A stretch of 64,000 nt of DNA from Anaerolineales bacterium (GTDB lineage Bacteria; Chloroflexota; Anaerolineae; Anaerolineales; Villigracilaceae), in assembly GCA_017882125.1 (NCBI GenBank), contig JADGQC010000001.1:12149-76148 (forward strand), read 5' to 3'. Positions 17,798 to 27,312 of this stretch are shown here, piece after piece. Numbering within the stretch: the stretch's first letter is position 1; each line of letters begins with the position of its first letter. The notes below the pieces were generated by a model. It ran no database searches, was not told the DNA's origin, and saw only the letters and a program-made list of their open reading frames with translations. The translations under genes and the position numbers were made by a program.

Positions 17798-19087
17798 ATG
17801 ACCTTTTCCCGCCTGACAAAATCAGATTTGTCCGTCCGCCTGGACCAGGCGTTGTCGTCTGAACAAGGCCGGCTGCTCAAAACAGCGGCGGACCTGGCAA
17901 CTCTGCAGCACCTGCCTCTTTATATTGTCGGGGGGTTCGTGCGCGACTTGTTGCTTGGTCGACCAGGTCTGGATTTTGACCTGGTCGTGGTGGGCGATGT
18001 CATCGGGCTGGCACGCACGCTGGCTGCCAGGCAGGGTGGCAGGGTGACCGTACATTCCAAGTTTAAAACCGCGCAATGGTTCCCGCCTCCTGGAGAAGGC
18101 CTCCCTGGATTTGTTGACTTCATTACAGCCCGCGCAGAGATTTATAAACACCCGGCAGCCTTGCCAACCGTCAAGCCCGGCACGTTGATCGACGATCTGC
18201 GCCGTCGCGACTTTACTATAAACGCCCTGGCAATCCGCCTGGACGGCCTTCATTATGGGGAATTGAGCGATGAGTTGGGTGGGTTGGAAGATTTGGAGGC
18301 GGGCATCCTCAGGACCTTGCACTCCCAATCATTCCAGGACGACCCCACGCGTTTATTTCGCATGGTTCGTTACCAAGCACGCTATGGGTTCAACATAGCT
18401 CCCGAAACGTTGGCACTCATCCCGGGCGGTCTACTTCAGATTAACCATCTCTCAGCCGAGCGCGTGCGCCATGAATTGGATTTGATCCTGGAAGAAGAAA
18501 ATGCCGCTTCCATTTTGAAGCGGTTGGAAAAGTTGGGTATCCTGGAGTCGGTCCATCCGGCCTTGGAATGGAACCAGGTCATCCAAAAGCGATTCGAAAA
18601 GGGATTGAATGCAGAGCAAGACCTCTCGCACTCCCCTTCCCGCCGGACACTTGCCTGGGCTCTCTGGTTGATGGATGTCCCGTCTTCCGGCTTGGTGGGC
18701 GTCGAAAAAAGGCTCCATTTTGATTCGGCCTTGAGGGATATGTTGCAGGCTGCTTCCACCTTGGTCGTACAGGCAGGGTCCCTAACCGGAAAAAAACCCA
18801 GCCAATCTGTGGCGGCGTTGGACAAAATTCCATTGAAGGCGGTCCAGGCTGTTACTCTTGGGTTACCGGCTGGAGCGACACAGCAAGTATTGAGGAATTA
18901 CCTTGAATCCTGGCGGGTTATCAAGCCGAAAACAACCGGTTATGACTTAAAAAAACGCGGCCTGCCCCCTGGACCGGAATACAAGACTCTCTTGCGAAAA
19001 TTACGGGCTGCGTGGCTGGATGGGGAGATTAAGACTCCGGAGCAAGAAGCTGCGCTGCTGGATAAGCTGATCAAATCTGTGGGTTGA
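17798..19087 (+). CDS. cca: CCA-adding enzyme / poly(A) polymerase family tRNA nucleotidyltransferase
   Basis: The track ORF is trimmed to ATG 17798 (MTFSRLTK...), because the 5' part overlaps the divergent gene. LYIVGGFVRDLLLGRPGLDFDLVV and RRDFTINALA motifs. Confidence 0.8.
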   Translation: MTFSRLTKSDLSVRLDQALSSEQGRLLKTAADLATLQHLPLYIVGGFVRDLLLGRPGLDFDLVVVGDVIGLARTLAARQGGRVTVHSKFKTAQWFPPPGEGLPGFVDFITARAEIYKHPAALPTVKPGTLIDDLRRRDFTINALAIRLDGLHYGELSDELGGLEDLEAGILRTLHSQSFQDDPTRLFRMVRYQARYGFNIAPETLALIPGGLLQINHLSAERVRHELDLILEEENAASILKRLEKLGILESVHPALEWNQVIQKRFEKGLNAEQDLSHSPSRRTLAWALWLMDVPSSGLVGVEKRLHFDSALRDMLQAASTLVVQAGSLTGKKPSQSVAALDKIPLKAVQAVTLGLPAGATQQVLRNYLESWRVIKPKTTGYDLKKRGLPPGPEYKTLLRKLRAAWLDGEIKTPEQEAALLDKLIKSVG

Positions 19088-19190
19088 AACTCATGGTTCG
19101 ATAAGGAACTGCCAAATAAAATTGAACACTCCGGATTGAATATTTTTTTAACTCCTGTGATCCCGATGATCAGCTCTTCCAGCCTGCTTC

Positions 19191-19224
19191 AAAAAAAAGC
19201 CATCGCTTTATGCGATGGCTTTTA
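19191..19224. terminator. Bidirectional rho-independent terminator between convergent cca and GT2 genes
   Basis: AAAAAAAA-gccatcgc-tttat-gcgatggc-TTTT. Confidence 0.8.
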
Positions 19225-19246
19225 GGTCTTTGAGTTGCTTTAACAT

Positions 19247-19978
19247 TTACCAGTCACTATTCGAGAAAAAGGACTTGGCATTTGGATAACGTTCGCGCAC
19301 CACGAGCCACCAGGCATGGATGATTTCCCCGTACATGCGTGCTTTCCAAATTGCCCCGGACCAGAACCCTCGCTCGGAGCGTGACTCGCTGCTCGGATGC
19401 CAGACACCATACAGTGGTACGACCCGTTTTTGGTAGCCTTTCCGGCGTGCTGCAAGGGTCAGGGCAACTTCGAATCCATACCCGGCCGACGCTTCGCGCG
19501 ATACGTATTTCAGCAATTCAGAGCGCAGGCCGCGCTGACCGGTCAGGAACGGGGTCAGCCTGTGCGATAAAGTGGTGCTGATATGGCCTCCCCGGAACAG
19601 GCCAAGGGTCATATCAGCTCTATGGTTGATAATGGGGTCAAGCAGGGCCTGCAGGTGGACAGGAGTCAGGTTCTTGAGGTCCGCATCAAGCAGGAGGAGG
19701 ATGGGTGCGCAGGTGGCTGCCCAGCCGGTGAAAATGGCCTGTCCTTTTCCGCTGTTCTTTTCATGCCTGATCACCCGGTAGCGCGGGTCGGCCAACGCCG
19801 CCCGCCTTAATATTTCGACTGTCCCGTCCGAAGAACCATCATCGACAAGGATGATCTCGTCGAGCAGGGGGGTGGCATGCAAAACCTCGAGCACACCGGC
19901 AACGTTAATTTCTTCGTTGTAGGTTGGGATGATCGCGGCAATGAGAGGCTTGGTTTGGTGACTGTGTTGTGAAAACAT
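19247..19978 (-). CDS. Family 2 glycosyltransferase
   Basis: 243 aa. IIPTYNEE, LVDDGSSDGT and LLLDADL (DxD) motifs. Confidence 0.8.
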   Translation of the reverse strand: MFSQHSHQTKPLIAAIIPTYNEEINVAGVLEVLHATPLLDEIILVDDGSSDGTVEILRRAALADPRYRVIRHEKNSGKGQAIFTGWAATCAPILLLLDADLKNLTPVHLQALLDPIINHRADMTLGLFRGGHISTTLSHRLTPFLTGQRGLRSELLKYVSREASAGYGFEVALTLAARRKGYQKRVVPLYGVWHPSSESRSERGFWSGAIWKARMYGEIIHAWWLVVRERYPNAKSFFSNSDW

Positions 19979-20177
19979 AAATATCCCTTCTCTCAGAGTA
20001 TACCATTTGAAAATGAAAAATACATCAGGCTGAAAGTCATACCGAAGCCAATGAAATATCCCGTGCTTGCATTCTTATTGCGGTTCGTGGAAATAAATAT
20101 CTGAAAATGTTACCGGCGCATATTAGATTAATTCAAGAGGCGGGGAAAAGCATCGGGGGTTTCTTTCGCTTTTTGAG

Positions 20178-20183
20178 TATAAT
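20178..20183 (+). promoter_or_regulatory. Candidate -10 hexamer (TATAAT) upstream of alaS
   Basis: TATAAT lies 33 nt upstream of ATG 20216, and a GGAG Shine-Dalgarno sequence is present. No convincing -35. Confidence 0.3.
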
Positions 20184-20215
20184 TCTCCCATTCTTTCAAA
20201 GGCATTGGAGCCAGG

Positions 20216-22942
20216 ATGACCCAGAAACCAACCGGAGCGCAGATCCGGCAGACCTTTATCGATTTCTTTGTCGAACAAAAACATACATTTGTACCGTCCG
20301 CATCGCTCGTACCCGGGGGAGATTCGACCCTCTTATTTACGAATGCAGGCATGGTTCAGTTTAAAGATGTTTTTCTCGGAACAGACAAACGTCCCTATAC
20401 CCGCGCAGTCGATTCCCAGAAAGTGCTGCGTGTTGCCGGAAAACACAATGACCTGGATGAGGTGGGCCGCGACGACACCCACCACACTTTCTTCGAGATG
20501 CTCGGCAACTGGTCGTTCGGTGATTATTACAAGAAGGAAGCCATTGCATGGGCATGGCAGCTCCTGACGGATGTTTGGGGGCTTCCCAAAGACAAGTTGT
20601 ATGCCACCTGTTTCAAGGATGACAAAGGCAACATCCCCACGGACGATGAAGCTGCTGATATTTGGAAGCAGCAGCCCGGGTTCGACCCCGCGCACGTGCT
20701 CTTCTTTGGGCGCAAGGAAAACTTTTGGGAGATGGCCGAGACAGGTCCATGCGGGCCGTGTTCGGAGGTTCATCTTGACCGGGGGGAGGCCTTTGATAAT
20801 CTGGCCGGGAAACCGCACAGGTGCGGTGTAAACGGCGAGTGCCAGCGCTACCTCGAACTTTGGAACAACGTCTTCATTCAATATAACCGGATTGATAAGG
20901 ATAACCTCGAACCGCTGCCAGCCAGGCACGTCGATACCGGGATGGGCTTCGAACGCCTTGTTTCAGTCCTGCAGGGGGTTGACTCGGACTACAAGATCGA
21001 CCTGTTCCAGGGTGCCCTGGGGGCGGTCCGCGAACTGACCGGCGACAGCGAAGAAAAAATGAACTCCAATTTCACCCCATATCGTGTCATCGCCGATCAT
21101 GCCCGCGCCGCGGCTTTCCTGATCGCTGACGGCGTGGTTCCTGGAAATGTGGGTCGAAACTACATCTGCCGCATGATCATCCGCCGGGCAGCCCGTTTCG
21201 GAACAAAACTCGGGTTGCACGATCCCTTCCTGGCGAAAGCTGCGGACGCCATCGTGGCCGCCTACGGGGATTTCTACCCTGAGCTGGTTAAGAGCCGCGA
21301 GGCGATCCTCGACAACCTGACCCGGGAGGAAATTCGATTTGCGCGGACGGTGGAATCCGGTACGGCTTATTTACAGTCCATGCTGGATGAACTGCAGAAA
21401 ACCGGAGGCAAAACACTGGATGGCAGGCAGGCTTTTGACCTGTATGCCACTTATGGTCTCCCGCTGGAGATCGCCCGTGATATCGCCCGTGAGCAGGGTC
21501 TGGAGGTGGACGAACCAGGTTTTCGGGCAGCGATGGATGAGCACCGCCTTGCTTCGGGCGGCGGCAAAGCCATGGGGAAAATGGGCGGCGAGGATGCCGA
21601 GTTCTACAGCAGGATCATGAAAGACCTTCAGAAAGCAGGGAAATTAGCCAAGGAAGGGGTGACCTATAACCCGTACGAATGGCTGCAGGTCGAGGGTCTT
21701 GTTCTGGCATTGGCGGCTGATGGACAAACCCTGTCCGCGGTTGGGGCAGGAGACCAGGTCGAGGTCCTGCTGCCAAAGACCGGGTTCTACGTTGAATCTG
21801 GAGGCCAGGTTTCAGATACCGGTGTGATCCGCGCGGCGGATGGTTCCTGGGAGATCGAGGTGACCGGGACGCGCAAGCCCTCGCCGGGTGCGATCATCCA
21901 TATGGGTGAGGTGGTTTTTGGACATCCAAAAACCGGGGAGATGGCGATTGCGGTGGTGGATGCGGTCCGCCGCCACGATATCCGCCGGAACCATACTGCC
22001 ACGCACCTCCTTCACGCCGCGCTGCACCAGGTCCTGGGTGAAAATGCGCGCCAGGCTGGTTCATCGGTGACCCCCGACCGGTTCCGCTTTGACTTCAATC
22101 ATCCCGAGGCAATGACTTCCGTCCAGGTTGAGCGTGTCGAGAAACTAGTTAATGAGGCGGTCGCTGCAGACTACCCCGTGATCGCCGTGGTCAAATCGCG
22201 CGAACAAGCCGTTGCCGAAGGTGCCATGGCTCTCTTTGGTGAAAAGTACGGTGATAGCGTTCGGACAATAACGATCGGAGATAAATATTCATACGAATTA
22301 TGCGGCGGCACGCACCTGGATCGGACTTCGGATGTGGGTTCATTCCTGATCCTTTCCGAAAGTTCTGCTGCTGCTGGAGTGCGGCGCATCGAAGCGGTTA
22401 CCGGGCGCGGAGCATACGAACTGGTTGCAAAGCGTTTCAAGATGCTCAAGCAGACTGCCAGCGTGCTTAAGTCTGCGGTGGATGAAGTGCCTCAGAAGGT
22501 CGAATTGATTCAAGAAGAAATGGCCGCAGCCAGGAAGCAAATGGCGTCACTCAAAGTTGAACTGGCGCTTTCCAGTTTTAACCTTCAGTTGGACAATCCA
22601 CAAAAAATTAATGGGATCAACCTGCTGTCATTGGAACTCCCCGAAACAGATAAGGACACCCTCGGCAGATTGGCCGATAAATTTCGCGAGAAATATCCGG
22701 AAAACGGTGTATGCGTGGTTGCGACAAGTTCAGGTGAGCAAGTGACCGTTATGGCTGCAGTCACGCAGGATTTGATCAAGAAAGGCATTAAAGCTGGAGA
22801 ACTGGTCGGTTATATATCCCGCCAGCTTGGGGCAGGCGGAGGGGGGGCTCCTCACCTTGCTTTTGGTGGAGGCCGGGACCCGGTGAAGATCCCGACCGCC
22901 CTTGCATCGCTGGAAAGCTGGCTCACGTCTAAATTAAAATAA
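20216..22942 (+). CDS. alaS: Alanyl-tRNA synthetase
   Basis: 908 aa. FTNAGMVQFK, the HHTFFEMLGNWSFGDYYK motif, an editing-domain HTATHLL...CGGTH, and a C-terminal DHHA1 domain. Confidence 0.95.
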   Translation: MTQKPTGAQIRQTFIDFFVEQKHTFVPSASLVPGGDSTLLFTNAGMVQFKDVFLGTDKRPYTRAVDSQKVLRVAGKHNDLDEVGRDDTHHTFFEMLGNWSFGDYYKKEAIAWAWQLLTDVWGLPKDKLYATCFKDDKGNIPTDDEAADIWKQQPGFDPAHVLFFGRKENFWEMAETGPCGPCSEVHLDRGEAFDNLAGKPHRCGVNGECQRYLELWNNVFIQYNRIDKDNLEPLPARHVDTGMGFERLVSVLQGVDSDYKIDLFQGALGAVRELTGDSEEKMNSNFTPYRVIADHARAAAFLIADGVVPGNVGRNYICRMIIRRAARFGTKLGLHDPFLAKAADAIVAAYGDFYPELVKSREAILDNLTREEIRFARTVESGTAYLQSMLDELQKTGGKTLDGRQAFDLYATYGLPLEIARDIAREQGLEVDEPGFRAAMDEHRLASGGGKAMGKMGGEDAEFYSRIMKDLQKAGKLAKEGVTYNPYEWLQVEGLVLALAADGQTLSAVGAGDQVEVLLPKTGFYVESGGQVSDTGVIRAADGSWEIEVTGTRKPSPGAIIHMGEVVFGHPKTGEMAIAVVDAVRRHDIRRNHTATHLLHAALHQVLGENARQAGSSVTPDRFRFDFNHPEAMTSVQVERVEKLVNEAVAADYPVIAVVKSREQAVAEGAMALFGEKYGDSVRTITIGDKYSYELCGGTHLDRTSDVGSFLILSESSAAAGVRRIEAVTGRGAYELVAKRFKMLKQTASVLKSAVDEVPQKVELIQEEMAAARKQMASLKVELALSSFNLQLDNPQKINGINLLSLELPETDKDTLGRLADKFREKYPENGVCVVATSSGEQVTVMAAVTQDLIKKGIKAGELVGYISRQLGAGGGGAPHLAFGGGRDPVKIPTALASLESWLTSKLK

Positions 22943-22946
22943 ATCC

Positions 22947-22984
22947 CAATCCTGACTTTTTATAGTCAGGATTGATTTCTTATT
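22947..22984 (+). terminator. Rho-independent terminator of alaS
   Basis: caatcctgact/agtcaggattg form a perfect 11-bp stem with loop ttttat, followed by ATTTCTTATT. Confidence 0.75.
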
Positions 22985-23040
22985 GGTCTGGCTGCCAGGT
23001 GACGTTGCGGCGACCGAAGTTTGATGGAAAGGAGATTGGT

Positions 23041-23637
23041 ATGTTAAAGGTACGCAAATATTTACCGTTATCGATTGTTCTAGTATCACTCGCCTGCGGG
23101 GTGGTCTCGTAAGCTTTGCCGGGAACACAGGCTCCCATCCCAACGCTGCCTCCCACCGCTACTGTCACAACTGCGCCGGTTGCTACCGCCACCGTTGCCC
23201 CCTCCCCTTCGTCCATGCCGACGCAAATTCCGCCTGCAGCGGCTACAGCCACGGTTGATCCCCTGGCTGCCACCCAGCTGGCTATGATGGGTTCCATGGG
23301 CGCCATAACGACCGCTTCGTTATATTTTCACCCGGTGGGAACACCCCTTTCGAACTGGCGTTCCGTCCCAATCATGCCGCAGGCAACAGCGGGTCAGGAA
23401 TTCTCCGGGTATATCTACAGTTATACCGCTGCAGCAACCCTCGACCAGGCCCGCTTGTATTACGAGGCTAAAGCCCAATCGCTGGGTTTTGCCATGGCGT
23501 CCGGTTCGGGTTACGCCGGCACCGGCAGCAATGCCCAGCACAATGTATCCTTTATTTCATATAACTTGACGCGCTACCTGGCCTCATTTGATAACGACAC
23601 CGGGCATGCGATCGTGATCATTTCCAAGTATCCGTAG
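23041..23637 (+). pseudogene. Secreted lipoprotein gene interrupted by an in-frame TAA five codons after the lipobox Cys
   Basis: ATG 23041 encodes MLKVRKYLPLSIVLVSLACGVVS, followed by TAA at 23110..23112. The same frame continues ALPGTQAPIPTLPPTATV... into the listed ORF 23116..23637, which starts at TTG. Confidence 0.5.
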
Positions 23638-23784
23638 AAATTTCTCTATCCGGATAAGTTTTTTTGGGTGGGATAGGTGCCTGGCATGGCATTTCGTCGC
23701 GCCTGCCTGCCATTTCTGGAAAAGTCCCGGCTGGATCTGATTCCATTGCACCGGCTCCAATAATGAGCGGTCTACTTTCGACGT

Positions 23785-23790
23785 TATAAT
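23785..23790 (+). promoter_or_regulatory. Candidate -10 hexamer placed for a leaderless or near-leaderless transcript of the 23799 gene
   Basis: TATAAT ends 8 nt before ATG 23799. There is no Shine-Dalgarno sequence between them. Confidence 0.3.
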
Positions 23791-23798
23791 TGCCGTAG

Positions 23799-25295
23799 AT
23801 GAAAACACAGGTCATCAAACTGGATTCACATGACGATGTGACCTCCGTGCGGGATAAGATGTCTTGGGCAAAGGCGGAACGCATCCTGCTGGTCTTCCCG
23901 CGCCATGCCCGCATCCTGGCACGGCCCCTTGACCTCCGTCTGCTCCGGCGCCATGCAGACACGCTCGGAGCGCAACTGGGAATCGTATCCGGTAATATTG
24001 ACCAGCGCCGTTCTGCCGAAGAATTAATCATCCCGGCATTTGCAAGAGTTGCCTCGGCCCAACGTAAACCATGGGAAAGGGAAAACGCACCTGAAAGGCC
24101 AGTTCGGCGCAACGAAGCTCCCGACCTGCTGCAAATGCGGCACGCAGCCTTTCCTTCCGAAGCGGCCTGGCGTTCCATTTTTGGTCTTCGATTTTTGTTT
24201 TTCACAGTCGCTGTTCTGGCAATCCTGGCTGTTCTTTCACTTTTCATTCCCTCTGCAACCATTATTTTGAACCCGGCCAGCGGCATGCAAAGCTTGACAT
24301 TAAAAGTATCCGCCAGCCGGGAGGTGACAACTGTCAACCTGGCGGGCAGTCTGCCGGCGCGGCTTAGCTCACTGATCGTGGAACAAAGCAAAACGATACC
24401 GGTGACCGGTAAGGTGGCTGTCCCGGAAGCACATGCACATGGACTTGCGACTTTCCGCAACCTGACCAATACCCTGACCGGCATCCCAGCCGGGACAGTG
24501 ATACGCAACCTGTCCAGCCCGCCAGTTCGCTTCGTTACCACAATCGATGCGGTCGTCGCGGCCGGCATTGACAAAAAAGTGGATGTTCCCATACAGGCAG
24601 TCGATGGAGGGACGGTTGGAAATCTGCCTGCCGAGGCACTGGCATCTTTCGAAGGAGAATTGGGCACCAGCCTGGCTGTAGTCAATTCCACGCCAACCAC
24701 GGGGGGCTCTGACCGCAATGCTTTAATCCAGACCGCTTCCGACCGGGCTGAACTTCGTGCAGCTTTGTTGGCAGAGATTCTTGTTAATTGTGGAACGAAC
24801 ATTCAACAAAACCTCAAGCATGGTGACGTGTACTTCCCGGGTACGCTGGATGGGTCACAAGTCCTTTCTGAAACTTTCTTCCCCGCCGCAGATCAGAGTG
24901 GAAATACTCTTTCCCTGACGCTGCGTGTGCAATGCCAGGCACAATATGCCGCCCAATCGGATCTCAATACCTTGTCACAAATATCCATGGATGCCAATCT
25001 GCCGAAGGGTTATGCCCCGCCATCAAAAGAACTGACATTGTCGCCTACCAGTACGCCCCTTACCGGGGCAGACGGGGTCACTCATTGGGAGATGCAGGTG
25101 CAGCGCATTGTGCAAGCCAGCCTCGACCAACTCAATGTTGTGGAATTGTCCGCGGGTCGCAGACCTGCAGAGGTAATCCGGCAGCTGAAAAAATCTTTGG
25201 CGTTGGCCGAGTCACCGGTTGTCCAGCTCAAACCCGCCTGGTGGCCCTGGCTGCCTCTCATCCCGTTTCGGATAACTGTTTCCGCAGGCAATTAA
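23799..25295 (+). CDS. Single-pass membrane protein of unknown function (possible baseplate J/gp47-like extracytoplasmic domain)
   Basis: 498 aa. About 120 aa of cytoplasmic N-domain, one TM helix (FGLRFLFFTVAVLAILAVLSLF), then a large beta-rich domain with a VDGGTVGNLPAEAL segment. The stop overlaps the ruvX start (TAATG). Confidence 0.6.
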   Translation: MKTQVIKLDSHDDVTSVRDKMSWAKAERILLVFPRHARILARPLDLRLLRRHADTLGAQLGIVSGNIDQRRSAEELIIPAFARVASAQRKPWERENAPERPVRRNEAPDLLQMRHAAFPSEAAWRSIFGLRFLFFTVAVLAILAVLSLFIPSATIILNPASGMQSLTLKVSASREVTTVNLAGSLPARLSSLIVEQSKTIPVTGKVAVPEAHAHGLATFRNLTNTLTGIPAGTVIRNLSSPPVRFVTTIDAVVAAGIDKKVDVPIQAVDGGTVGNLPAEALASFEGELGTSLAVVNSTPTTGGSDRNALIQTASDRAELRAALLAEILVNCGTNIQQNLKHGDVYFPGTLDGSQVLSETFFPAADQSGNTLSLTLRVQCQAQYAAQSDLNTLSQISMDANLPKGYAPPSKELTLSPTSTPLTGADGVTHWEMQVQRIVQASLDQLNVVELSAGRRPAEVIRQLKKSLALAESPVVQLKPAWWPWLPLIPFRITVSAGN

Positions 25296-25711
25296 TGAGA
25301 ATTCTCGCCGTGGATCCTGGTTCCAAAAACATCGGACTCGCCATCAGCGATCCGACCGGCAGCATTGCCAACCCCCTGACGGTTCTCGATCACGTCGCCC
25401 GCCTGGTGGATGCTGCCACGGTCGCGGATATCGCGAAAACCAATGAAGCCGGGCTGATCGTGGTGGGGCAGTCTCTCGACGATGATGGCAATCCCACTTT
25501 TGAAGGGCGCCGTGCCGGGCGTTTTGCACAGGCTTTGATGGCCCAGACCGGCCTTCCGGTGGTGTTCTGGGACGAATCCCTCACCACTCAGGACGCCCGT
25601 GCCGCCAGAATTGCCATGGGAGTATCCCGAAAAAACCGCCGGGGACACCTGGACTCACTCGCTGCAACTGTTCTCCTGCAATCTTATTTGGACGCCAACC
25701 CTCAGAAATGA
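25295..25711 (+). CDS. ruvX: YqgF/RuvX putative pre-16S rRNA nuclease
   Basis: 138 aa beginning MRILAVDPGSKNIGLAISD, followed by ...VVGQSLDDDGN...DESLTT. Confidence 0.85.
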   Translation: MRILAVDPGSKNIGLAISDPTGSIANPLTVLDHVARLVDAATVADIAKTNEAGLIVVGQSLDDDGNPTFEGRRAGRFAQALMAQTGLPVVFWDESLTTQDARAARIAMGVSRKNRRGHLDSLAATVLLQSYLDANPQK

Positions 25712-26823
25712 AATCCCGCCATTCCTGCCTTCCATGGATGCTTCTGCTGGTCACCCTGGCTGCCCTCGCCCTGGTGGCTCTGGCTGTTTTTGTCCCCCAG
25801 GCGGCGCATCAGTCTTTTGGCGAGCCCAGCCCTTCGCTAAATTCCTGGCAGCGTTTCAACTATGGTTTTCAACTGGTCTGGAATGCGGGAAATTTAACCC
25901 AGCCGCTCGATCCCACCGGGTCAGAGCAATTGTTTTCCATCCAGTCTGGCGAAAGCGTGCTTTCCATCTCAAACCGGCTGGAGCAGGCTGGCCTGATTCG
26001 CAGCGCCGCCACCTTCCGCTTCTACCTGCTCTGGACCGGGCTGGATACAGTCATCCAGACCGGCACCTACCGCCTCAGCCCTGCACAGACCGGGTTTGAC
26101 ATTGCCCAAAAACTCAAATCCACCACTCTCACCGAAATAACCCTGGCTGTCCTCCCCGGCTGGCGGATGGAGGAAATCGCCGCGACCCTGCCCACCTCCG
26201 GCCTGGAATTTTCACCGCAGGCATTTATAACTGCTGCGGCTGCTCCCGAAGGATTGGATCTGATTCCTGCAGGCGCATCTGCAGAAGGGTTTCTCTATCC
26301 CGACTCATACATCCTGCCGCGTACGACCACGCCTGACCAGTTAGTTTCCACCCTTCTAAATGGGTTCAGGTCCCATCTTCAGGCGGATATGCTGGCAGCG
26401 TACTCCACCCGCGGGCTGACCCTTTACCAGGCAGTGACCATGGCCTCCATCGTCCAGCGCGAAGCGGTCGTTGATACAGAGATGCCGCTCATCGCCTCGG
26501 TATTTTATAACCGGCTGGCAATCGGCATGAACCTCCAGACTGACCCAACGATCCAGTACGCCCTGGGTTACAATACCGCCCAGGGTACCTGGTGGACCAA
26601 TCCGCTCAGTTTGGATGATCTAAAAATCGGTTCCCCCTACAACACTTACATTTATCTAGGCTTGCCGCCCGGACCGATCTCCAACCCCGGCCTGGCTGCA
26701 CTGGAAGCAGTGGCCCATCCGGCGGATAGCAATTATTATTATTTCCAGGCAAAATGCGATGGGTCCGGCTTGCATAATTTTGCCGAAACCTTCGACCAGC
26801 ACCAGCAGAATTATTGCCCCTAG
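25708..26823 (+). CDS. mltG: Endolytic murein transglycosylase MltG (YceG family)
   Basis: 371 aa with an N-terminal TM helix. LASIVQREA, FYNRL, LQTDPTIQYA and YNTY...GLPPGPISNPG motifs. ATGA overlap with ruvX. Confidence 0.85.
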   Translation: MKSRHSCLPWMLLLVTLAALALVALAVFVPQAAHQSFGEPSPSLNSWQRFNYGFQLVWNAGNLTQPLDPTGSEQLFSIQSGESVLSISNRLEQAGLIRSAATFRFYLLWTGLDTVIQTGTYRLSPAQTGFDIAQKLKSTTLTEITLAVLPGWRMEEIAATLPTSGLEFSPQAFITAAAAPEGLDLIPAGASAEGFLYPDSYILPRTTTPDQLVSTLLNGFRSHLQADMLAAYSTRGLTLYQAVTMASIVQREAVVDTEMPLIASVFYNRLAIGMNLQTDPTIQYALGYNTAQGTWWTNPLSLDDLKIGSPYNTYIYLGLPPGPISNPGLAALEAVAHPADSNYYYFQAKCDGSGLHNFAETFDQHQQNYCP

Positions 26824-26855
26824 GATCGATTTGGCCGATCTGAAAAGGCAGGGGG

Positions 26856-27299
26856 TCAGGTGATGCTGGTATTGGAGAGGATATATTTCTCCAAATGGTC
26901 AATGACCACCTTTTGCTCATCGATAAGCGACCTGACCAGGTCGCCGATCGTGACAATCCCGATCAGGTGCTTTTTTTCCATGACCGGCAGGTGGCGCACA
27001 TGCTTGGCGGACATTAGAGCCAGCCCTTTTTCGACAGTAATATCCGGTTCGATAAAAATGGGCGGCGATGACATGATTTCACTGACCCGCATTACCTTTG
27101 AACTCTTGCCAAGCAGGATCACCTTGCGGGCATAATCCCGTTCCGAGAACACCCCCACCAGTGTTTTTCCGTCCACCACCAGCAATGCCCCCACGTCCTT
27201 ATCAGCCATTACTTGCAGGGCGTCGAAAACACGCGTTTCGGGGCTGATCGTCCATGTCTTGCGGCCCTTTTTCTTCAGGATCTGACGAATGGTTTGCAT
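26856..27299 (-). CDS. CBS-pair domain protein
   Basis: 147 aa with two CBS repeats (ALQVMADKDVGALLVVD..., ALMSAKHVRHLPVME...). Confidence 0.8.
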   Translation of the reverse strand: MQTIRQILKKKGRKTWTISPETRVFDALQVMADKDVGALLVVDGKTLVGVFSERDYARKVILLGKSSKVMRVSEIMSSPPIFIEPDITVEKGLALMSAKHVRHLPVMEKKHLIGIVTIGDLVRSLIDEQKVVIDHLEKYILSNTSIT

Positions 27300-27312
27300 G
27301 CTGCCTCCTTTT

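Noticed and set aside
23618-24802. 394-aa minus-strand ORF opposite the 23799..25295 gene
   Set aside because: The translation is extremely Arg/Ser/Ala-rich, as expected for an antisense frame. The plus-strand protein has a clean TM helix, ordinary composition and overlap coupling to ruvX.
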